The position numbers and the translations under genes were made by a program. Positions 21,501 through 31,035 of a stretch of DNA of 64,000 nt are shown here, in pieces (the first letter of the stretch is position 1; every line of letters begins with the position of its first letter). Source of the DNA: an uncultured Chitinophaga sp. (GTDB lineage Bacteria > Bacteroidota > Bacteroidia > Chitinophagales > Chitinophagaceae); contig CAYLRV010000001.1 of assembly GCA_964386395.1 (NCBI GenBank), positions 23,807 through 87,806 of the forward strand, written 5' to 3'. The notes below the pieces were generated by a model. It was given only the letters and a program-made list of their open reading frames with translations, ran no database searches and had not been told where the DNA came from.

Positions 21501-23069
21501 ATCAATAGCACTATAGCAACCATCACCGCCCACCACTTCCTGCGAGCTATCAAGGCCCGGGTGATTTAATTTGTGCATACCATTATCCTGTGTACCACCT
21601 ATAAAATGATTGGTTGAAGTAGGGTGTATTGCTACAGAATAAAACTGCTTTAACCGGAGTCCCTGGTTCCTGTCCGCCATCGACGTGCCTCCGTTGGTAG
21701 AATAGTGCACCCCGCCATCGCAGGCAAAGAGTAGTTTAGAACCCCCGTCCCACCATTGAATATTGTGCTGGTCAGCATGGATGTAAAAACCTGTTACGGC
21801 AGTGGCCCATCCGGATATTTTTACCCAGGTCAAACCACCATTGGATGTTTTGAAACAATCCAGACCGCCTACGATACACTCATCAGGATTAGCCGGATTT
21901 ATACCGCAGGACAATGAATACCAACCCTGCCCGCTCGCCCATCCGCTGGTAGGTTGTGTGGTAGTGGCCGCCCAGTTGATACCACCGTCGGTTGATTTAT
22001 ATATTGTCGGCACATTATTATTCGAATTATTTACCGGCAGGGCATATAGCCTGTCGCCCATTACGGCTATCTCGCATCTTTCATTAAATGTAGGAAATGC
22101 GGTGGCAGGTGCATTCCACCCGGCTGCGGTTGTAACGGTGGCAGGTATATCCGTATAGCGATAGGTTTGTGCTGAGCCAATACCTGTTACCATATGCAAT
22201 CTTGCTGGACCGGAGGTAGAACTGATTTCTAAATCACAAATACTTTGACTGGGCACACCTGCAGGTGTAATATTCGTCCAGCTTGTGCCACCATCTGTTG
22301 AGCGGTACAAGCCTCCGGGTGCACCGGCAGAGTTACGGGTAGCGAGATAGACATTGCCCTCGAAATCGCATACAATGCGGGTACATAGTATATGGGTACT
22401 GGTGCTGGACAAGAAATTCCAGGTGGCACCACCATCAATACTTTTAAATACACCGACCCCTCTCACTGCATCTGCGTTTCGGAATGATTCACCCGTACAG
22501 AAGTACATGATATTTTGAAAACCGGGGCGAGGATCCTGGCAAATAGCAGAGACTGCAAGATTACTCAGGTAGTCATTTACTAAAGTCCATGGCGAAGGGT
22601 TTACGGTAATATCCGTAGTTTTCCATAAACCTCCGTCCACACCACCGGCCCATACTGTTTTATGTGTCGGGTCTGTTGAGTCTACCATCAATGCCCGTAT
22701 CCTTCCGGATGTTTGCTGGCCTGTTGGCCTCGGGTTACCACCTACAGTAAAGTCACCTGTAGGGCCACGCTCCTGCCACGACAGGGCTTCCATAAAATCG
22801 GGTGTATTTCTACGGGCAGCTTTTGCCTGCTCTGTAAATTCTTTTGCCAGCCACAAACGGTTTGTTGGTACTCTGCCTGTGGCCGGATCCTTAGTCCGCT
22901 CCATTTCAAACAGCATAGCTAACTCAATACCATCGTAGCCATCCCTTCCCTCTTCTTCTTCATAGGCATATGCTGATTTATTGTTTTTGCCCTGGTTACA
23001 GGCGGCAAACAACAATACAAAAAAGGCTGCGGCAAGCAGCCAGAAACGATTTCTCAAAAATAATTGCAT
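18522..23069 (-). CDS. giant T9SS-secreted surface protein with a BNR/Asp-box beta-propeller region, six Ig-like repeats and a T9SS C-terminal sorting domain
   Basis: The N-terminal half holds at least 8 Asp-box motifs (STDGGTSW, STDGGINW, TSNGGLTW, STNGGTTW and others). Six roughly 80 aa repeats fit YQWQ.STDGG.TW..ISGAT....MNG..YRC.VSN. The C-terminus (LFIYPSPNDGNFSVSYY...LYLLVVGDASGKRLAEGKVHIR) is a type-A CTD. Confidence 0.8.
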   Translation of the reverse strand: MQLFLRNRFWLLAAAFFVLLFAACNQGKNNKSAYAYEEEEGRDGYDGIELAMLFEMERTKDPATGRVPTNRLWLAKEFTEQAKAARRNTPDFMEALSWQERGPTGDFTVGGNPRPTGQQTSGRIRALMVDSTDPTHKTVWAGGVDGGLWKTTDITVNPSPWTLVNDYLSNLAVSAICQDPRPGFQNIMYFCTGESFRNADAVRGVGVFKSIDGGATWNFLSSTSTHILCTRIVCDFEGNVYLATRNSAGAPGGLYRSTDGGTSWTNITPAGVPSQSICDLEISSTSGPARLHMVTGIGSAQTYRYTDIPATVTTAAGWNAPATAFPTFNERCEIAVMGDRLYALPVNNSNNNVPTIYKSTDGGINWAATTTQPTSGWASGQGWYSLSCGINPANPDECIVGGLDCFKTSNGGLTWVKISGWATAVTGFYIHADQHNIQWWDGGSKLLFACDGGVHYSTNGGTSMADRNQGLRLKQFYSVAIHPTSTNHFIGGTQDNGMHKLNHPGLDSSQEVVGGDGCYSAIDQDEPQFQFGSYVYNVYRRSVNNGATWTTPVNNQSTGRFVNPWDYDNINNKIYACSGAGNYMLWDNPQTGNTTSVVAITDFGGLQVSAVHVSPYTAHRVYFGVSGGTNRLVRVDAANTATPTSTIITPPGATGYLNSIVTGSSDNNLIATYSSYGVTNVWVSTNGGTTWAASDGNLPDMPVRWALFHPDSDTKAFIATETGVWETEQLNGASTVWTPNTTFPNVRTDMIKYRSSDRTIAAGTHGRGIWTATIPGASGFTFGATTPTTVTCPAPATMNVVLPTVSTGGFSTPISLTVLSTNPAGLNVSVLPSSITPGNSTTVTLNNANTLGAGTYTATIQGVAGSVTQTATVTFTINPGTGPVISVQPQPQTVCAGANATFSVTATGTYQWQVSTDGGTTWANISGATTSTLTLSAVTAGMNGNQYRCVVSNICASTNSNPALLTVNTGATITNHPGDATVCTGQTTTLCVTATGNGLTYQWESAPNCAAPFTNVAGATSNCLTITGSANAAYRCKVSASGGCGGTVTSNCATITVVSSVTITTQPVSQTVCEGGNANFTVGASGAGLSYQWQLSTDGGTSWGNISGATSSAYSIAGATVALNNNQYRCIVSNGVCPTPGTSNAATLTVNRLPAITSNPQSVTLCAGAGSTFSVTATGTAITYQWQLSTDGGVTYSNISGATSSTYTVSAVTVSMNGYRYRCIVAGTCSPAATTTAAVLTVVAPVSITTQPSNAEVCSGTTASFTVAGNSTEAINYVWQVSTDGGTTWTNVAGGTGATLTVPGVLIVMNNNRYRVLVSNATCTAPTISNAALLTVRLTPTVTLTQSPVLTSLLPGQTTTLTAATSASTGGTFSTVWTYNTNPLAVTGNSYVVNVGNTGAYQVQVRETWPSGLFCSALSQVLNIDAAVSPRLFIYPSPNDGNFSVSYYNPGGASVQRTMTIFDSKGALVYNSKFAVSGPYTIVPVTVPHLGTGLYLLVVGDASGKRLAEGKVHIR
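19050..20500. repeat. tandem roughly 240 bp intragenic repeats (about 6 copies) encoding Ig-like domains
   Basis: Repeated peptide blocks are visible in the translation (YQWQVSTDGGTTW...YRCVVSN, YQWQLSTDGGTSW...YRCIVSN and others). Confidence 0.6.
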
Positions 23070-23247
23070 AGTCTTGTTTTGAATAGTTAGGACACTAGTC
23101 CCTGAAGTCAGCGAAAGTAATCAAAAAAAGAGGTTAATTGCAAATCCGCCCTCAAGGATAACCACCTATAAATACCAGCGGGACAGAGTATAATTTTCAG
23201 TCATATATCGGGTAGGTAAGACGACATACGAATATGTATAGCAGGGA

Positions 23248-23628
23248 TTATTTCACCGCTATCATACTGATTTCCACATTTACAAACTTTGGCAGGGCGC
23301 CGGCTTGTACCGTTTCCCTGGCAGGAAAATCACCTTCAAAATATTTTCCGTACACTTCATTTACTTCAGAAAAACGGTGCATATCTGTAAGAAAGATGGT
23401 CGTCTTAACCACATTGCTGAAATCCATACCGGCTTCATGCAGTATTGCTTTCAGGTTGTGCATCACCTGATGTGCTTCTTCCTGGATATCCTTATTTTTT
23501 AAAGAGCCGGTAGCAGGATCAATACAAATTTGACCGGAAATAAACAGCATGCCGCCCGTAAGCACGGCCTGGTTATAAGGGCCAATAGGTGCAGGTGCCT
23601 GTGTTGTATTTATGATGGTTTTACTCAT
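23248..23628 (-). CDS. ridA: RidA family reactive-intermediate deaminase (YjgF/L-PSP)
   Basis: Matches RidA residues APAPIGPYNQAV...TTIFLTDM...ARETVQAGALP...VEISMIAV. The start was moved to MSKTII. Confidence 0.8.
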   Translation of the reverse strand: MSKTIINTTQAPAPIGPYNQAVLTGGMLFISGQICIDPATGSLKNKDIQEEAHQVMHNLKAILHEAGMDFSNVVKTTIFLTDMHRFSEVNEVYGKYFEGDFPARETVQAGALPKFVNVEISMIAVK

Positions 23629-23701
23629 TTGTTTATGATTATAATAAATAGTGCAGACGAAATTAGGTTTATACGTTTTCTTTGCAAAAAATAACACCTG
23701 C

Positions 23702-24325
23702 ATGATAGCGGTAATAGCAGATGCACTGCAACAAAAGGAGCTGGCGGGATATGGTATCACTGAAGATCAACCCATTATCTGGTTGACAGCACCTGCAACG
23801 CATAATGCCGCAACGGTGTATATAGACCTGCGTTATGATGGCAGTAAGGAGCGGATCGAATTACTCCGGCAACTGCCTGCCGAATGCATTATCATCAATG
23901 ATGTGGCTGGCAGCCTGCGGGATTTGCCTGCTAATTTTGCTCGTTTCAACGGCTGGCCCGGCTTTTTACAACAAGCTGCCGTTGAGTGTGCCGTGGCAAA
24001 TGAAATACTCAAACCGGTTGTAGAAGAAACCTTTGCTATTTTCTCCAGGAAAGTTGTATTTACTCCCGACACACCCGGTTTTATCAGTGCCCGCATTATC
24101 GCTATGATTATTAATGAAGCTTATCTTGCAGCAGCAGAAGGTGTGAGCATAAAGCCGGAAACTGATACGGCTATGAAAATGGGAACAAATTATCCATACG
24201 GACCATTTGAGTGGGCCGAAAAAATCGGGTTGCAAAACCTGCACGCACTACTGGTAGCAATGGCCGATACCAATAAGCGTTATACACCGGCGCCTATGCT
24301 CACGCATGAAGCCACTACAACATGA
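23702..24325 (+). CDS. 3-hydroxyacyl-CoA dehydrogenase family protein (C-terminal 3HCDH domain; N-terminal NAD motif degenerate)
   Basis: The C-terminal domain (PGFISARIIAMIINEAYLAAAEGVSIKPETDTAMKMGTNYPYGPFEWAEKIGL) is intact, but there is no clear GxGxxG at the N-terminus. Confidence 0.5.
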   Translation: MIAVIADALQQKELAGYGITEDQPIIWLTAPATHNAATVYIDLRYDGSKERIELLRQLPAECIIINDVAGSLRDLPANFARFNGWPGFLQQAAVECAVANEILKPVVEETFAIFSRKVVFTPDTPGFISARIIAMIINEAYLAAAEGVSIKPETDTAMKMGTNYPYGPFEWAEKIGLQNLHALLVAMADTNKRYTPAPMLTHEATTT

Positions 24326-24990
24326 GTTATATTTTAAATATAGATACGGCACTGGAAACTGCCTCCATCTGTTTAGCAAAGAATGGCGAGACAGTTGCTT
24401 ATGCAGAGAACCACACGCAAAAAGATCATAGTACGTGGTTGCATTCAACTATTAAAACTGTCTTAGAAAAAAATGATTGCCAGCTAAGTCAACTTGAGGC
24501 TGTCAGTGTGAATAATGGGCCGGGGTCTTATACAGGTATTCGTATCGGCCTGTCTGCTGCAAAAGGTCTATGTTATGCATTACAAAAACCTTTACTAACC
24601 GTTACCAGCCTTGAACTGATTGCATTTACCGCTAAGAATATTGCATCCGGACTTATTTGTCCTGTTGTTGATGCCCGCAGGATGGAAGTATATTATGCTG
24701 TATATTCAAACGACATGGCATTACAACAAGAGCCTGCAGCACATATTATAACCGAAAATAGTTTTACCGATTTGTTACAATCAGGGCCAGTATTGTTTTG
24801 TGGTACGGGTTGCAAAAAACTGCAAACGGCTATACATCACCCCAATGCATCCTTCCATCCCATTAACGGAACTGCGAAGGAAATGAGCCCGATCAGTTTT
24901 AGAAAGTTCGAAAATGGAGAAACTGCACCGCTTGTGCAAACCGATCCTCTTTATATTAAAGATTTTTTTACTTTTGTCCAAAAGGCTTAA
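24322..24990 (+). CDS. tsaB: tRNA threonylcarbamoyladenosine biosynthesis protein TsaB
   Basis: Matches the YeaZ/TsaB fold (NIDTALETASICLAK...NNGPGSYTGIRIGLSAAKGL). Confidence 0.8.
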   Translation: MSYILNIDTALETASICLAKNGETVAYAENHTQKDHSTWLHSTIKTVLEKNDCQLSQLEAVSVNNGPGSYTGIRIGLSAAKGLCYALQKPLLTVTSLELIAFTAKNIASGLICPVVDARRMEVYYAVYSNDMALQQEPAAHIITENSFTDLLQSGPVLFCGTGCKKLQTAIHHPNASFHPINGTAKEMSPISFRKFENGETAPLVQTDPLYIKDFFTFVQKA

Positions 24991-25096
24991 ATCTTTCTTC
25001 CGTCTTAGAGTAGAGCATAAAAAGATCATCAATAATTTTTATTAACGGGAATAGAAAATTAATTTTACTACCTATCCTCAAACAACGACCTGATCC

Positions 25097-25435
25097 ATGA
25101 ACAATTACTCGCTTACATTGAACAATGCCAAGGGAGGAGGTACGCCATTACAACTCGACCTCCTCAATCTGAAAAAAGCCGCACTTACGTTGCGTGCCGT
25201 TAATCACAAACTGCGGCAACAAATCCTGAAGATGATTGATGACCATGGTAAAATGACTGTAACAGAATTATATGTAAACCTCAGGTTAGAACAATCTGTT
25301 ACTTCCCAGCACCTGGCCATCCTGCGAAAAGCCGGTTTTGTAAAAACTACCCGTGATGGTAAGTTTATATATTACGCGGTAAACGCACCCCGTATTGAAG
25401 AACTGAACAGGTTTGTAAACCAGCTGCTCAACTGA
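25097..25435 (+). CDS. ArsR-family HTH transcriptional regulator (no cysteines)
   Basis: Carries the HTH_20 core (LRQQILKMIDDHGKMTVTELYVNLRLEQSVTSQHLAILRKAGFV). Confidence 0.7.
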   Translation: MNNYSLTLNNAKGGGTPLQLDLLNLKKAALTLRAVNHKLRQQILKMIDDHGKMTVTELYVNLRLEQSVTSQHLAILRKAGFVKTTRDGKFIYYAVNAPRIEELNRFVNQLLN

Positions 25436-25452
25436 TTGTGGTCAAGCTTTTA

Positions 25453-25485
25453 AAGCCCTGTTTACTTAACAGGGCTTTTTATTTA
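25453..25485 (+). terminator. rho-independent terminator
   Basis: An AGCCCTGTT/AACAGGGCT stem is followed by a T-run. Confidence 0.6.
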
Positions 25486-25522
25486 TTTGTGGTATTTTTG
25501 CTGCACAAATCAGCTATCACCT

Positions 25523-26932
25523 ATGTATATCAAACAATTATACACCGGCTGCCTGAGTGAGGCGGCTTATTATATAGAAAGTAACGGGGAGGCGGCCATT
25601 ATTGATCCGCTCAGAGATATTGATGTGTACCTGCAGCTGGCCAATGAAAGAAAAGCGAAAGTCAAGTATATATTTGAGACCCATTTTCATGCAGACTTTG
25701 TAAGCGGGCATATTGACCTTGGCAATGCCACTGGTGCTCCCATTGTGTATGGCCCGGGCACCATCACAAAATTTCCGGTACATGTGGCAAAAGATGGTGA
25801 AACGTTTTCTATCGGCGCACTCACCATTAAAGTATTGCATACACCCGGCCATACACTCGAATCAACCTGTTACCTATTGAAAGATGAAAACAACAACGAC
25901 CATTGTGTTTTCACCGGCGACACATTGTTTGTAGGCGATGTGGGCCGGCCCGATTTAGCACAGAAAGGGGAAGAATTGACGATGAATGACCTGGCAGGCA
26001 TGATGTATGACAGCATACAGAATAAGCTATTTCCCCTTGCCGATCATGTGATTGTATATCCTGCTCATGGCGCCGGCAGCAGTTGCGGCAAAAACCTGGG
26101 CAGTGAAACCTTCAGTACGATTGGTGAACAGAAAAAACATAACTATGCCCTGCAGGCTGCCAATAAGGAAGAGTTTATTAAGGCAGTAACGGACGGAATC
26201 AGCGCCCCGCCCCAGTATTTCCCTATCAATGCAAAAATTAACAAAGAAGGATACGACAGCATTGATGAAGTATTGAACAAAGGCATGCGGGCACTGTCGG
26301 TAGAAGAATTTAAAAAAGAAAACACAGATAATACTATTATACTGGATACACGTCATGCCGCTGTATTTACACAAGGATTTGTTCCGGGATCTATCAGCAT
26401 TGGATTAGAAGGCAGGTTTGCTGAATGGGCGGGAAGTGTGCTGCCCTTTTCACAACCCATTCTGCTTATAACAGAGGAAGGAAAAGAAAAAGAAACGATT
26501 ATTCGTCTTGCACGAGTTGGCTTTGATAAAATGATTGGATACCTCCAGGGCGGATTTGAAGCGTGGCAAAATGCCGGCGAACCTATCGATCTCATTATAG
26601 ATGTGGAAGCAGATGAACTGATCATGGATATTCCGCATGATCCTAAACTGGTAGTGGTGGACGTGCGCCGGGAAACAGAATATGCCGACGGCCATTTAAA
26701 AAACGCCATCAACCTGCCGCTGAACGAAATGAATGACCCCGCGATGATGGCCAGCCTTGAAGAGGATCAGAACATCTATGTGCATTGCGCCGGAGGATAC
26801 CGCAGCGTAATCGCTTCATCTATGTTGAAAAGACAAGGCATTCACAATATTCGTAACGTAGTCGGTGGCTGGTCTGCAATAAAAGAGCAGGAAAAAGCTG
26901 AGATAGTTAAAGAAACAAGTGTACTGAACTAA
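25523..26932 (+). CDS. persulfide dioxygenase (MBL fold) fused to two rhodanese domains (CstB/Blh-like)
   Basis: Has the MBL HxHxDH motif (THFHADFVSGH) and a C-terminal rhodanese active-site loop (VHCAGGYRSVIAS). Confidence 0.75.
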   Translation: MYIKQLYTGCLSEAAYYIESNGEAAIIDPLRDIDVYLQLANERKAKVKYIFETHFHADFVSGHIDLGNATGAPIVYGPGTITKFPVHVAKDGETFSIGALTIKVLHTPGHTLESTCYLLKDENNNDHCVFTGDTLFVGDVGRPDLAQKGEELTMNDLAGMMYDSIQNKLFPLADHVIVYPAHGAGSSCGKNLGSETFSTIGEQKKHNYALQAANKEEFIKAVTDGISAPPQYFPINAKINKEGYDSIDEVLNKGMRALSVEEFKKENTDNTIILDTRHAAVFTQGFVPGSISIGLEGRFAEWAGSVLPFSQPILLITEEGKEKETIIRLARVGFDKMIGYLQGGFEAWQNAGEPIDLIIDVEADELIMDIPHDPKLVVVDVRRETEYADGHLKNAINLPLNEMNDPAMMASLEEDQNIYVHCAGGYRSVIASSMLKRQGIHNIRNVVGGWSAIKEQEKAEIVKETSVLN

Positions 26933-26952
26933 TAAACAGTTCTCCAAATTAT

Positions 26953-26985
26953 AAAGCCCTGTCATTTCTCATGACAGGGCTTATT
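26953..26985 (+). terminator. rho-independent terminator
   Basis: An AGCCCTGTCAT/ATGACAGGGCT stem is followed by a TTATTATTT run. Confidence 0.6.
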
Positions 26986-27003
26986 ATTTAACTGCAGGTA
27001 TGC

Positions 27004-27711
27004 TTACATTTTTGATTTAATCCAGGCATCCAGTTCTGGTGAACTTTCTGTACTGATGATAGCTGCATACCTTGATTTTGTACCATTGTGTACCCCAACA
27101 TGCCAGAGTCGTTGAGAATCTACCACAAAGTGTGCACCTTTTGGCATCGGCACCCTCGCTTCTGATTCTTTAATAGGCAGGTTATTTTCATCACTATCGT
27201 AAAGCAGCATATAACTATCCGGATTGTCGGTAAGTTCTATCCACATGCGCACTACCCAACCTTCACCTTCCGGGTTCAGGCGGTTATTATCATCACGGTG
27301 TACAGATCGTATAGCCTGGTCATGTGTTTGTGGTTCAAGGCGTATGATACGCACCCTTCCGAAGTTGGCCGGAATCGATTTAATATATTCCATCAGTTTC
27401 GGGCAACCTTCAGAATTGGGTGTGAAGATGGCATCCTTATCTGTTTTACCATTTTCCCAAAACCCTTTGCATTCATTGGTGCCATCACAGGACGCCAGTG
27501 GTGCAAAGTTGGTATCGCCACCGCTTTTCCAGTCCATATACACTAAGTTTTCCCATTCAGATGCGGGAATATGCGATATGTCAAGCGTTTTCATAATAAC
27601 ATATCCTTTCTCTTCCATTACCGGCATGCGGTAGTGGTTTGTTTTGGCAGGAATTTTTACCGACCAATGCTCGCTATGCGGCCAGAAAATAGCAGGTGCA
27701 GGTGATGACAT
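27004..27711 (-). CDS. hypothetical protein (possible cupin/aspartyl beta-hydroxylase-like fold)
   Basis: A 235 aa ORF with only a weak impression of a His/Asp-containing cupin region (SVHRDDNN...HVGVHNG). Confidence 0.35.
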   Translation of the reverse strand: MSSPAPAIFWPHSEHWSVKIPAKTNHYRMPVMEEKGYVIMKTLDISHIPASEWENLVYMDWKSGGDTNFAPLASCDGTNECKGFWENGKTDKDAIFTPNSEGCPKLMEYIKSIPANFGRVRIIRLEPQTHDQAIRSVHRDDNNRLNPEGEGWVVRMWIELTDNPDSYMLLYDSDENNLPIKESEARVPMPKGAHFVVDSQRLWHVGVHNGTKSRYAAIISTESSPELDAWIKSKM

Positions 27712-27727
27712 ATAAAATGATTAATGA

Positions 27728-29011
27728 TTGATTTTAAAATTCAAGGGCAAATTAATAAATAATCAGGTCCCCCCGCCTGATCTTCATCAAATTCCCCATC
27801 CGGCCTGTTGGTCTTTTATTTACCTTTCGGCAACAAAGACTGCCGTGAATCAACGCTTTTATTCCCTCGATGTATTCCGTGGTGCCACTGTTTGCCTGAT
27901 GATATTGGTAAATAATCCCGGCAGCTGGGGCCATATATATGATCCACTGGAGCATGCACCCTGGCATGGCCTCACTCCCACCGATTTGGTTTTCCCTTTT
28001 TTCCTGTTTGCCGTAGGCAATGCGATGGCTTTTGTGATGCCTAAACTGGAGCAGGCCGGAGATGCCTTGTTTTGGAAAAAAGTGATCAAAAGAAGTTTGC
28101 TGATTTTTGCGATTGGTCTATTTCTCGCCTGGTGGCCATTTTTTAAATGGAGTGGCGATTCATTGGTGTTCAAACCCTGGGAATACAGGGATGATAAAGG
28201 CAACCTGCAAGGTATTCGCATCATGGGGGTGCTTCCACGTATAGCTATTTGTTACTTCTTTGCGGCAATAATTGTATACTACTTGAAATTACGTAAGGCT
28301 TTTTATGTGGGTATGCTCATGCTTTTGTTGTATTGGGTACTTTCTGCTTTGTTAGGCGCAAAAGGAGATCCGTACAGCATTACCGGCTGGTTCGGCACCC
28401 GGGTGGATATTGCGGTACTGACGAAGGCCCACATGTACAAGGGGGAAGAACTGAACGGTATTAAGTACCTGTTTGATCCCGAAGGCCTGATGAGTACAAT
28501 GCCGGCAATTGTACAGGTAATCTTTGGGTATATAGCAGGTGACTATATTATAAAGAAGGGCAAAAACTATGAGATGGTGACAGGGCTTTTTGTAAGTGGT
28601 ATAGGTCTATTACTTGCCGGTTTTTGCTGGGATATGGTATTCCCCATCAATAAAAAAATATGGACAAGCTCTTATGTAGTATATACAACTGGTTTGGCGA
28701 TGATTACTATAGCCACCATGATATATATGATTGAATTCAAAAATGTAAAAGGGGGTCTGGCACGGTTCTTTGATGTATTTGGCAAGAATGCTTTGTTTGT
28801 ATTTGCGCTCAGCGCCTTTTTACCCAAGGGCCTTGCCCTTATCCGGTTGGGCGATGGGGTGAATCCATGGAACTGGTTGTACAAAAAAGTACTTGTCTAT
28901 ACACCCGGTCCCAAAGAAAATGGCTCACTATTATATGCTATATGTGTTATCATCTTTATGTGGGCCATTTGCTGGTGGATGGATAAGAAGAAAATATATG
29001 TGAAAGTGTAG
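27728..29011 (+). CDS. DUF1624/HGSNAT-like membrane acyltransferase (heparan-alpha-glucosaminide N-acetyltransferase-like)
   Basis: Matches the conserved N-terminus RFYSLDVFRGATVCLMIL.N, has many predicted transmembrane segments and ends in an LYAICVIIFMW tail. Confidence 0.65.
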   Translation: MILKFKGKLINNQVPPPDLHQIPHPACWSFIYLSATKTAVNQRFYSLDVFRGATVCLMILVNNPGSWGHIYDPLEHAPWHGLTPTDLVFPFFLFAVGNAMAFVMPKLEQAGDALFWKKVIKRSLLIFAIGLFLAWWPFFKWSGDSLVFKPWEYRDDKGNLQGIRIMGVLPRIAICYFFAAIIVYYLKLRKAFYVGMLMLLLYWVLSALLGAKGDPYSITGWFGTRVDIAVLTKAHMYKGEELNGIKYLFDPEGLMSTMPAIVQVIFGYIAGDYIIKKGKNYEMVTGLFVSGIGLLLAGFCWDMVFPINKKIWTSSYVVYTTGLAMITIATMIYMIEFKNVKGGLARFFDVFGKNALFVFALSAFLPKGLALIRLGDGVNPWNWLYKKVLVYTPGPKENGSLLYAICVIIFMWAICWWMDKKKIYVKV

Positions 29012-29104
29012 CCGGTTTCATTAACAATGTTTTAAACAAAAGCAGTAGTTGTGGGTTGTGTAGTCAATCTTCCAATTGCATCTATTAGCTGTAAAACTAA
29101 AATT

Positions 29105-29533
29105 ATGAAATCACTACATGTAATAGTTGCAGCGACGATGCTGGTTATAGCATCTTCCTGCTCCGCTCCTAAAACAGTTGTCGCAGAAGCACCGGCTGCC
29201 TCCCTGTATGACACAAAATGGTCTTTAAAGAAGATTTATGCCGATGGTGTGGTGCAGGACGTAGATACCAAGGCATTTATCCGTTTTGACAAAGAAAAAA
29301 ACAGTGCCGGAGGAAACGGCAGTTGCAATAGTTTTGGCAGCACGACCACCATCAATGGCAGCAGTGTAAGTCTTAAAAATATCTTCTCAACAAAAATGTT
29401 TTGCGAAGCAGTACAGAAAACAGAGGATAGTTTTTTCAGCCAGTTGGGAAAGGTAACTACTTACACGATAAAAGGTAAAACATTACAGTTGCTGGCCGAC
29501 AATACAGTGTTACTGGAGTTTATAGCAGAGTAA
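29105..29533 (+). CDS. META-domain (HslJ-like) lipoprotein
   Basis: Has a lipoprotein signal (MLVIASSCSA) and the META-like core (WSLKKIYADGV...NSAGGNGSCNSFGST...GSSVSLKNIFSTKMFC). Confidence 0.55.
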   Translation: MKSLHVIVAATMLVIASSCSAPKTVVAEAPAASLYDTKWSLKKIYADGVVQDVDTKAFIRFDKEKNSAGGNGSCNSFGSTTTINGSSVSLKNIFSTKMFCEAVQKTEDSFFSQLGKVTTYTIKGKTLQLLADNTVLLEFIAE

Positions 29534-29551
29534 ATAATCTTCTTCTTATAT

Positions 29552-29588
29552 AAAAGCCCGGTTTAGAACCGGGCTTTTGTTATTTACT
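29552..29588. terminator. bidirectional rho-independent terminator between convergent genes
   Basis: An AAAAGCCCGGTT...AACCGGGCTTTT hairpin sits between the 29533 (+) and 29584 (-) gene ends. Confidence 0.65.
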
Positions 29589-31035
29589 CTCCTACAACCT
29601 CCTCGCTTCCTTTCTTTCGCCAGGATCTATGTTTAGCCCCGTCCATTTTTACAATCTTCGGGGTAAACTTACCGACCACATCCACCAATGCCTTCTGTGA
29701 TTGCATCACAACATTAATATCCTTGTAGGCAAAAGGTGATTCATCCAGTCCGCCACCCAGCAGTTTTACGCCAAACTTATCCAGTTCGTCTTTCATCTGC
29801 TTATCGGTAACAGAAGCGATGGCCCTTGTACGGCTCATCTTCCGTCCGGCACCATGCGAGGCAGAGTTGACAGATGCGGATTCGCCTTTACCTTTTACAA
29901 TAAATCCATCGGCGGTCATTGAGCCCGGTATAATACCCAATACATCTTTACCTGCAGGTGTTGCGCCTTTACGGTGAACGATCACATCCTTACCTTCCCA
30001 TTTTTCTTTCCAGGCAAAATTGTGGTGATTCTCCACCATCTTCACTGGTTTACGTCCCAGTTGCTTCGCAATTTTGGCATGTATTACATGGTGACAGGCG
30101 CTGGCATAATCACCAGCCAGGTTCATTGCATTCCAATACTCTATGCCTTCTTCTTCATCCAGCAAAAGCCAGGCAAGATTTTTTGATTCCTGCGGCAAAC
30201 GCCTTTTGCTGATAGCCAGTTTAGTATAGTGGTTCGCTATGTTAGCACCTAGTGCCCGAGAACCGGAGTGAGTAAGAAAACCAATGTACTTACCAGCTTC
30301 TATACCCAATACCTGATCTTCTTCTGCAATATCCACGACGCCAAATTCGGCGAAGTGGTTACCCGACCCGGATGAACCTAACTGCTTCCACACACGGCCA
30401 TGCAATTTTTTCAGCATCGGTAGTTGAAAAAATAATTCATGCTCCATCACTTCGTGGTTAGCCGCCCGATCGAATTGTGCGCCGCTGCCAAACAATGTAG
30501 CCTCATTGATTTCACGGGCAAAATATGATTCCCGGTCCGTCAGATCTTTTGGGTTGATATCGAATACACTCAGGCACATACGGCATCCGATGTCTACTCC
30601 TACTCCGTAAGGGATAACAGCATTCTCGGTTGCCAGTACGCCACCGATTGGCAATCCATACCCGCTATGTGCATCTGGCATCAAGGCGCCGGCCACACTC
30701 ACCGGCAATTTAGCTGCCTGGTACATCTGGTGCATAGCGCCTTCTTCGATATGTTCCTGTCCAAATACATTAAACTGTATGCCGGTTTGGTTCAGCGAAA
30801 TTTCTGCCCCTTCCGTTTCTTTCTTTGGTATCAGCTGTTCTGCTATCAATGCAAGTACTGCGTCATTGCTGTACTCGATTGGATTGGCCAATACTTTTTG
30901 TAATAGTTCCATCACTTCCTCCTTTCCATGATGCTTATATTTTTTTTGCATCACATCCATTGCTATGCTAATTACCGGTCCTTCCGGGTAGCCAATAGTC
31001 CTTAGTTCTTTTCCTGTTATTTTTAGTTTACTCAT
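29584..31035 (-). CDS. rtcB: RNA 3'-phosphate/2',3'-cyclic-phosphate ligase RtcB (with about 70 aa N-terminal extension)
   Basis: RtcB metal and GTP-site motifs (MPDAHSGYGLP, GSGNHFAEFG, THSGSRALG, NHHNFAWKE, ASHGAGR) support the call. The start was set at MSKLKITG. Confidence 0.85.
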   Translation of the reverse strand: MSKLKITGKELRTIGYPEGPVISIAMDVMQKKYKHHGKEEVMELLQKVLANPIEYSNDAVLALIAEQLIPKKETEGAEISLNQTGIQFNVFGQEHIEEGAMHQMYQAAKLPVSVAGALMPDAHSGYGLPIGGVLATENAVIPYGVGVDIGCRMCLSVFDINPKDLTDRESYFAREINEATLFGSGAQFDRAANHEVMEHELFFQLPMLKKLHGRVWKQLGSSGSGNHFAEFGVVDIAEEDQVLGIEAGKYIGFLTHSGSRALGANIANHYTKLAISKRRLPQESKNLAWLLLDEEEGIEYWNAMNLAGDYASACHHVIHAKIAKQLGRKPVKMVENHHNFAWKEKWEGKDVIVHRKGATPAGKDVLGIIPGSMTADGFIVKGKGESASVNSASHGAGRKMSRTRAIASVTDKQMKDELDKFGVKLLGGGLDESPFAYKDINVVMQSQKALVDVVGKFTPKIVKMDGAKHRSWRKKGSEEVVGE

